Source: Octopus bimaculoides | Lineage: Eukaryota | DNA: 40,896 bases | Reading direction: 5' to 3' | Assembly (NCBI RefSeq): GCF_001194135.2 | Contig: NC_068989.1 | Location: forward strand, 85,657,860 to 85,698,755 | In this document: one piece after another, positions 33,722 through 40,896 of the stretch | Numbering within the stretch: the first letter of the stretch is position 1 | Layout: the number at the start of each line of letters is the position of its first letter | Translations under genes and position numbers: made by a program | The notes under the pieces: model-generated | Database searches by the model: none | Seen by the model: only the letters and a program-made list of their open reading frames with translations | Told to the model about the DNA's origin: nothing

Positions 33722-34519
33722 GTAAGTATTCACCCTTTGTTCATTGGGATCACATAACTGCAGGGGGAAGGACTAGAGCTACCCTAGAAAAGCATCTGTA
33801 AGATATGCATGGTCGTGGTGGGGGATTGTGAGGGTATTTTGAGAGATATATTCAGGGTATGTTGGGATTGTGGTGCTCTTGAGAAGTATATTCAGGATGT
33901 GATGAGGCGGTGGTAACACTGAAAGATATATTCAGAGTGTTTGCAGCTGTGGTAGTGTTGAGGGGTATATTCAGGGTGTACCAGGGTGATGGTACCCTTC
34001 AGATATATATTCAGAGTGTGTACTAAGCTGATGATACTCCTGATTAGGTAAATTCAGATGGTGCTGAGATGGTGGTGACTTTGAGAGGTATATTCAGCAT
34101 GTGCTAGGGTGATGGTACCCATAAGGGGTATGTTCAGGGTGTACTGGTGGGATATTAATAAAATTGACGCATATATTCAGGGTGTTGGGTTGGTGGTACC
34201 CTAGAGAAGTATATCAAACATATAGCAGGGTGGTGGCTGTTGTGATGCTGACGACTGATGATGAAAATTATGATGATGGAGAGGATGAGGAGAATAATGT
34301 TTATGAAAGAAATGATGATGATAATGATGGTGGTTATGATGATGGTGGTGATGATGATGTGATGATGATATTTGTTTTTATGTTTTTTGCAGTATGGAAT
34401 ATCCAAGCTGGTTACTAGTAAGTGTTAAAACTAATTCTAATTATTTATTAATTGTAGTTACTCTCTATTATTCTAATTAATTTTGAATCAAAGGGAACTA
34501 CTGCCACCTGTTTAATATA

Positions 34520-34592
<73 letters not shown>

Positions 34593-36002
34593 GCGCATAC
34601 ATACATACATACATACATATATACACACACACACATATATATATATATATACATATAAAAGTTAATAAAGTATTATTACCATTATTAAAAATAACAATAA
34701 TAATAAAGTGGCCAGCAAGTTTAACCTAAATAGCAAAAAAAGTATACAAATAGATTAAGGTACCGAAATACCAGCTTGCTAGAAATAGAAGTCAAAACTC
34801 CAAGGCCACAAATTTCTCACTATTAAGAAACACGCACGGTGAATGTAGCAAATATAAGAAAAATAGGCCTTGCCTTTGCATAAACCACAGAGCAAGAACA
34901 GATATCTTGGTATCAATTGATTTTGCCTTTTGTTCGTTATTACTTAAGGATCATCAATCAAGTTTATTGTATTCATCTATTTTTCAAAATATTCATTTTA
35001 TTATACTATGCGCGTTTATTCACTTGAATGCCGGTGAGACATTCAAAAGGGAGGAAGTGAAATTTAAAATTTGATAAAGATATCTGTTCTTGCTTTGTGG
35101 TTTAAACAAAGGTAAGGCACCTTGGGCAATTGTCTTCTACTATAGCCTCGGGCCAACCAAAGCCTTGTGAGTGGATTTGGTAGACGGAAACTGAAAGAAG
35201 CCCATCGTATACATATGTGTGTGTTTGTGTTTTGTGTTTGTTCTCCCAACATCACTTGACAACCGATGTTGGTGTATTTATGTCCCCAAAACTTAGCAGT
35301 TTGGCAAAAGAGACTGATAGAATAAGTACTGGGCTTACAAAGAATGAGTCCTGGGGTCGATTTGTTTGACTAAAAGTGGTGCTCCAGCATGGCCACAGTC
35401 AAATAACTGAAACAAATAAAAGAATAAAAGAATATATACATATGTATATGACAGGCTTCTTTCAGTTTCCGTCTACCAAATCCCCTCACAAGGCTTTGGT
35501 CAGCCCGAGGTTATGTAGAAGGCACTTGCCCAAGGTGCCACGCAGTGGAACTGAACTCAGAATCAAGTGGGTGGTAAGCAAGCTACATACCCCACAACCA
35601 TTCCTATATTTACTTATCCATACCTGGTGGTGTTGAATAATATTTCCTCTAAGACTTCTACGTTTCATTTATTTCAGCCCAAAGTGTTATGAAGATGAAC
35701 TTACCTTTGTGAATTTTCATGGAAAGCAAAGGGAATTTAGGAGTGCAAATGGTACTTGTAATAATCTGAAGAACAAGTACTGGGGTGCCGCCTATAATGA
35801 ATATTCACGTCTCATTCCACCGGCTTATCATGACGGTCAGTGAAGAAAGACACTCAAATGTCTCCATTTTTTCCTTTCCTGAATTCTGACCGAATTCTCT
35901 ACTCTCTTCTGCTAACTTTTTTGCTCTCTCTCTCTCTCTCTCTTTCTTCTTCTTCTTCTTCTTCTTCTTCTTCTTCTTCTTCTTCTTCTTCTTCTTCTTC
36001 TT

Positions 36003-36033
<31 letters not shown>

Positions 36034-36053
36034 TTATTATTATNNNNNNNNNN

Positions 36054-36117
<64 letters not shown>

Positions 36118-36516
36118 TCCACCTTAGCGAAGGCAGAGGTATTGTTTTCAGTCACGTTTGTTTGTTTGTTTGTTGGTTCGTGGACAAGACATCTCAAGAA
36201 CTGCTGGATGGATTTGGATGAAACTTTCAGGGATGTTTGGCCTCACGACTGGCACAAACTGATTAGATTTTGGGATCAATTCGGTACCAGACAAGGATTC
36301 TTGATTATTTTCCCTGTTTTTTGTTACTTAATTTTTGAGAGCGGTCAGGTTCATTTTTAGTATTCTCATTTGCGAGAGCAGTTGAGTTTATTTTAGATAT
36401 TCTCATTTTAAAAATCATCTCTTCTTAATCGTTGACAGGACGTTGGTGTTGCCTTGGCGGAGGTTTGCGCTCTCCGAGTGCTCTTGTTATTACTATTATT
36501 ATTATTATTATTATTA

Positions 36517-36566
<50 letters not shown>

Positions 36567-37400
36567 GTTATTATCATTACTTTTATTATTATTTTCATTC
36601 TACCTCTTTACTTTTCAGGTTATGACAAACCAAAAATATATGGAAAGAGTGGAGGATTATTACCAAACGCTCGTGTTGTTGGGTGCAATCTATTTAGCGA
36701 ACCTTTCAACGCAAAATGTCTGTCAAAACTGAGTCTTTTTACTGCATTCTTCTCTCAGGCGATTTCCCATGATTTGTCTGACACAAGTCGACCATCAAGT
36801 AAGTTTTTGTTTAAAGAGGACTTTGAGAGAACATAGTGACAATTTGGTTAAGGTTTGAAGGAAAAATATGTGCTTGAAATCTGAAAACCATTTCTTCTTT
36901 ACATAGTTATTTTAGCTTTAATTTACTGTATTTGATGGCATAAAAGACACAAAGGGTATATTAAATGCACCCCAATGCTAGCAGCGCATATTCAAGATAA
37001 CATGTTTTTCTTTCACTAAAGCATTTAATATAGGCTCAACTTTGTATATAGAACCCCAGGTGATATTTTTGAGTTATTCTTTTTTATAAAAAGTTCATCT
37101 TATGTGCCATCAAATACAATAATCCATTATCGTGATGAATGGTCCAAAATATAAGAGCTAACAAAAGTATTCCAAATGCAGGTGCAGTTTGTTAGTTAAT
37201 TTGTCACATGTATTCTATTTCAAGACAGTTATGATTGTGTCATTGCTACTGTTCACTGAAGTGCATTATTCTAGTTGTCTGTCAATTGCTATTGTTGAAA
37301 ATAAAAATAATCAATATAAACTAAATATGATAATTATCAATCAGATATAATCTTAACAGATGAGATATGATCACTGTACATGAAATATAATTCCTAATAA

Positions 37401-37455
<55 letters not shown>

Positions 37456-37574
37456 TATATAAATATTAGATTGGAGCCTGGTGTTGCCATCCGGTTTCAC
37501 CAGTCCTCAGTCAAATCGTCCAACCCATGCTAGCATGGAAAGCGGATGTTAAACGATGATGATGATGATGATGA

Positions 37575-37610
<36 letters not shown>

Positions 37611-40600
37611 TGAGACCAAATATAACTATGACAGATCAAATATACTCACAACCGATCAGATGTGACACAGATCTGTTACAATAAAGAACACTGAAATCCA
37701 TTGGAGATTTTTGATAAAAGATATTTATTTTTATTGAAAACAAAAAAATATTTATGGTACTTAGGAATGACAAATATTGAGATAGTTCAAAGCCCGTGTC
37801 CAGTCTGATGTTTGCCATCTACTGTCTATCAGAAGTGGCTAAAATATGCTGAATATATAGTGGTGGTCTTGCTCAGAAAAAGTGTGCCAAAAAGGAAATT
37901 ACTGTTACATCCAGTTCCATACAAAGTCTTGAATGGTCTGATTTTTTTAATGATGTTGGTAATATTTTAGTAAATCACAATCATATTCTTGAGTTGCTTT
38001 TTGTATTGGATAAAGTGATTTGAGTTCAATTGCTAAATATTCCTGCTACAGAGCAAATGAGATATTGATCGATCAAATAAAACTAATACAGACCAAATAT
38101 AATTACATGAGTATCAAACCCTGAACATTACTGTCTTAAATCCTCAGAATCATAGGATCAGTTATCCTATTTCCATGGTGTATAATGACTAAGAATGCAA
38201 TGTTCCTCCTGTACATGATGTAATTATTAAAATGAAAGATGAAATGACACCACAATAGATCAAATCTAATCACAAGTCTAATAACATAACGGCAGATGAA
38301 ATATTTACATTAAAAAATAACAAACAAACAACAGGGAATTTAATCTGAAATTGAACAAACATTTTTTCAAATTTGTAAAATATGTTTTTACTATTCTTCT
38401 ATGTATTCCACAGATATTGATTGCTGTGGTGGCCCATTGAGGTAAGTGTTCAATTCTTTCTGCATTGCATCTTGTAGCATGGATGTGATTAAGTTTATCC
38501 AGTTGATATTTCTGATGATGACGATGACAACGATGATGGCGACAACAATGACAATGACAACAACGATGGAGAGACACTGAAGATGATTGTTGATGGTAGT
38601 AGTATTAGGATGATGATGTTGAAAATTGTGAAGTTGATTGTGTTGGTGGCAATGGTGATAATATGATGATGATTAGTAAAGTCACTTTGTTGCTGATGAC
38701 AATACTACTGCTGCTTAGCATACAAAGTGAGGTGTATGGCTCTCTCTGGTAGGTATGTTAATTAACCAGACCAAACTGACTATGAATTCATACCAGAGCT
38801 CATCTCTTTCTTGTCAAAGACACTTAACTCTCAAACATGGCTTCCACAGAGAAACAGCAGCATCACAGAAAATACTCAATAACATTTAGTATACATCACT
38901 CTACGTTCAAAGTTCAAATTGTACCAACACCAAACTCATTCGTTTTCCATCTTTGCACTTCATTTTACTTTATTTTATATCATTTTTAAACACTGTTATG
39001 TATATTCTGTATGTTTTAATACTTTTATATATTCGCACTGCATCAATTTTTCTGCAACTGATAATCCAGCATCTCTTTTTAATTTGGACTATTAATAACT
39101 TTTTCACAACCAAGTCTTCACAACACACATTTATTTATTTGTTAGTAACTCATCATGAAGGTAGAAACACTCTTCTTATACATGATTGCAATAATATGAG
39201 AATGCAAACGTTTAAAAATAAATTCAGCACCATATGCTAATATTCTAAAGACCCTTTTTCTCCAAAGAGCAAATGGATAGAGATATCATTACATCCATTG
39301 CAGTGGATGTAAAAAAAAAAAAATTTAAAACTGGTACTCCATTGGTTATGACAATAAAGGTTCTGCTTGTGAAATTAACATGCAAGTGGCTGAGTACTCC
39401 ACAGACATGGATACCCTTAACATAGTTCTCAGGGAGATTCAGTGTGACACAAAATGTGACAAGGCTGGCCCTTTGAATTACAGGTACAATTGGGGTTTTT
39501 TTTTTTTGCCAGCTGAGTGGACTGGGATAATGTGAAATGAAGTGTCTTGCTCAAGGACATAACATGCTGCCAGGAATTGAACTCACAGCCCTATGTCTAT
39601 GAGCTGAATACCCTAACCACTAAAACATGTACCTTCACCAGAGGATACAGTATTCTAGCAGGAAAGGAGAAACAATTAATATTGACATTTTGCAGTTACA
39701 TTTCAAGAGATGGCCTGGCACTGGCATTGAATTTTGTTTTAAGTATTAGCAAATGGCATTAGATTTTGTTTTAGGTATTAGAATAAAGCATTAGATTGTT
39801 TCGACTTTTGCACCTTGATATTATAGTAAAGGGATTGGAAAAATATTTCCAATTTTATAACACAATCATGGCAAATAAACAAAGGTGTGTTGTGAAAAGT
39901 TATTGATTATGTGGTGCCTGTCTGCCAGGAATTTACCAGGAATTGTTATCACATGCCTTCTGTTAATCAAACAAAACAGATCATCTGGCATGGATCTGGG
40001 TCAAGGAATGATAGAAAATTGATGCTGCATCTTTATAATGTTAAAAAAAAAATTATATATATGCATTGTTTTATAGATTTTTAACAATTGTCTTAATTTT
40101 ATGTTTATTTCCAGGAACAAATCAATATGCTTTCCCATAGTTTATAGCAGTCACTGTCACCTGGATAAATGTAGTGGTTACTACTATTCATATTATGGCT
40201 TCCCGAATTACTACCAAAATGGTCGTTATCTTCTTCGTTATCCTTCTCATTATCCACTTCATTATCCAACTCATTATCCACCTCGTTATCCTCTTCATTA
40301 TCCCATTCGTTATCCCCTTCGCTATCCACTTCGTTACCCATTTCATCAACAATCAATTCATATCAGTCAGAAAAACAACCATAACTTAAACTTGCATCTG
40401 AATCAAAATCATCACCACCACCATCACCATGGTGACCATTATCTTGACCTGCACTTTTACAACCAACACTATCCCCATTATTACCCCAGCAAAACCCCTT
40501 ATAATTACCATCTTGGGCCATATGGGAAAAAATTCAGTGAATCTCACAGTCAAACATCACATAGTCACACTCGGGTGTCTCATACTCGCACTCAGGTATC

Positions 40601-40896
40601 TCATACTCATTCACACTTACTGCATCCTTTTGGATTACACAAGCATGTACATTTATTGCACCCTCACTCTCACTTGGCCCATCTCCACACTCACAGTCAC
40701 GCATCACGCAAACATGAGGAGAACTTAGCTTCTGCTCACTTGCACATAACTCATGCTCAATCACATTTAGCACAAGCTCACTCACACTCTTTATATCCTT
40801 ATCGAGGGTTGAGTCCCACTCAAATCCATGCATTGCACCAGCATGTACATTTATTGCACCCTCACTCTCACTTGGCCCATCTCCACACTCACAGTC
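33682..40896 (+). CDS. Secreted animal heme peroxidase-like protein with a His/Tyr/Pro-rich low-complexity region; 3'-partial (about 404 aa visible)
   Basis: join(33682-33721,34393-34417,35678-35835,36619-36798,38414-38441,40115->40896); all GT-AG, phases 1,2,1,1,2 consistent. Translation: [154 protein letters not shown]... This matches the family motifs YRxxDGxCNN, WG, RLLPPxYxDG, LPxARxVS, GQFxDHD and CC..CFPI in order. Confidence 0.9.
33841..34235. repeat. About 40-bp minisatellite, about 10 copies, conserved core TATATTCAG
   Basis: Unit starts at 33841, 33881, 33921, 33960, 34000 and onward. Confidence 0.85.
34393..34417 (+). CDS. Peroxidase-like gene, 25-nt microexon (V)WNIQAGY(Y)
   Basis: gttttttgcag| acceptor, TA|gtaagt donor; supplies exactly the phase 1-to-2 bridge needed and completes a signal peptide ending IQA. 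Confidence 0.75.
34867..35118. mobile_element. MITE-like element with about 49-bp terminal inverted repeats
   Basis: 34867-34916 gccttgcctttgcataaaccacagagcaagaacagatatcttggtatcaa versus the reverse complement of 35071-35118; few mismatches. Confidence 0.75.
35678..35835 (+). CDS. Peroxidase exon PKCYED...[33 protein letters not shown](G)
   Basis: catttatttcag| acceptor, G|gtcagt donor; peroxidase N-terminal motifs; absent from ORF track. Confidence 0.93.
35925..36114. repeat. Compound microsatellite (CT)n(CTT)n(TTA)n spanning a 10-N gap; other long tracts at 13451-13497, 16180-16250, 22800-22845, 23030-23125, 34520-34655, 36490-36580, 37405-37460
   Basis: Seen directly. Confidence 0.95.
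36115..36487 (+). mobile_element. HINE/DINE-1-like non-autonomous Helentron element
   Basis: 5' subterminal repeat acctccacc with partner ggcagaggt, (GTTT)n core, 3' subterminal repeat ttggcggaggt (36454-36464), terminal hairpin gcgctc-tcc-gagtgc; inserted in (TTA)n. Confidence 0.7.
36619..36798 (+). CDS. Peroxidase exon with distal pocket (LPNARVVG...FSQAISHDL)
   Basis: cttttcag| acceptor, A|gtaagt donor; distal Gln (36756), His (36768) and following Asp (36771). Confidence 0.92.
38414..38441 (+). CDS. Peroxidase 28-nt microexon (N)IDCCGGPL(R)
   Basis: gtattccacag| acceptor, AG|gtaagt donor; conserved CC; phase 1 to 2. Confidence 0.82.
40115..40896 (+). CDS. Large exon: NKSICFPI followed by Tyr-rich, (H/R)YPx x9, His7 and His-rich repeats; open to window end
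   Basis: gtttatttccag| acceptor; codons 40116-40895 (260) contain no stop; repeats have periods of 12 and 198 nt (multiples of 3). Confidence 0.85.

Noticed and set aside
34164-34418. Acidic Asp/Glu-rich ORF as a coding exon
   Set aside because: (GAT)n-type low complexity upstream of a clear acceptor at 34392; only the last 25 nt fit the gene model.
33721-35678. Direct splicing of the ATG exon to the 35678 exon, or use of the aag acceptor at 35653
   Set aside because: Phase mismatch (1 versus 2) in both cases; the 25-nt microexon is required.
40105-40833. ORF-track entries 40105-40356(-), 40174-40389(+), 40429-40728(+), 40534-40833(-)
   Set aside because: Shadow frames of the His/Tyr-rich exon; only the frame starting at 40116 is spliced in phase with the peroxidase motifs and stays open throughout.

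Overview
AT-rich, repeat-dense eukaryotic genomic DNA. It is most likely octopus (inferred from the SINE/RTE repeat landscape and a protostome-type NDUFS1). It contains five N gaps. Two multi-exon genes lie on the + strand. (1) 901-22302: the last 15 coding exons of NDUFS1 (complex I 75 kDa Fe-S subunit). All junctions are GT-AG and phase-consistent; the 5' exons lie upstream of the window. (2) 33681 to beyond 40896: a secreted animal-heme-peroxidase-like gene that the ORF track largely misses. It is built from a signal peptide split over 41- and 25-nt exons, two peroxidase exons, a 28-nt exon, and a last visible exon open for 260 codons. That exon turns, right after the peroxidase CC..CFPI motif, into Tyr-rich (H/R)YPx repeats, a His7 run and a long His-rich repeat region. 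This enzyme/His-Tyr structural-domain chimera is the most novel-looking feature. Introns and intergenic DNA carry three tRNA-derived SINE families, RTE-tail elements, an RTE LINE fragment, Helitron/HINE, Tc1/mariner and piggyBac-like remnants, several minisatellites and long inverted repeats. No rRNA, tRNA gene or CRISPR array is supported.
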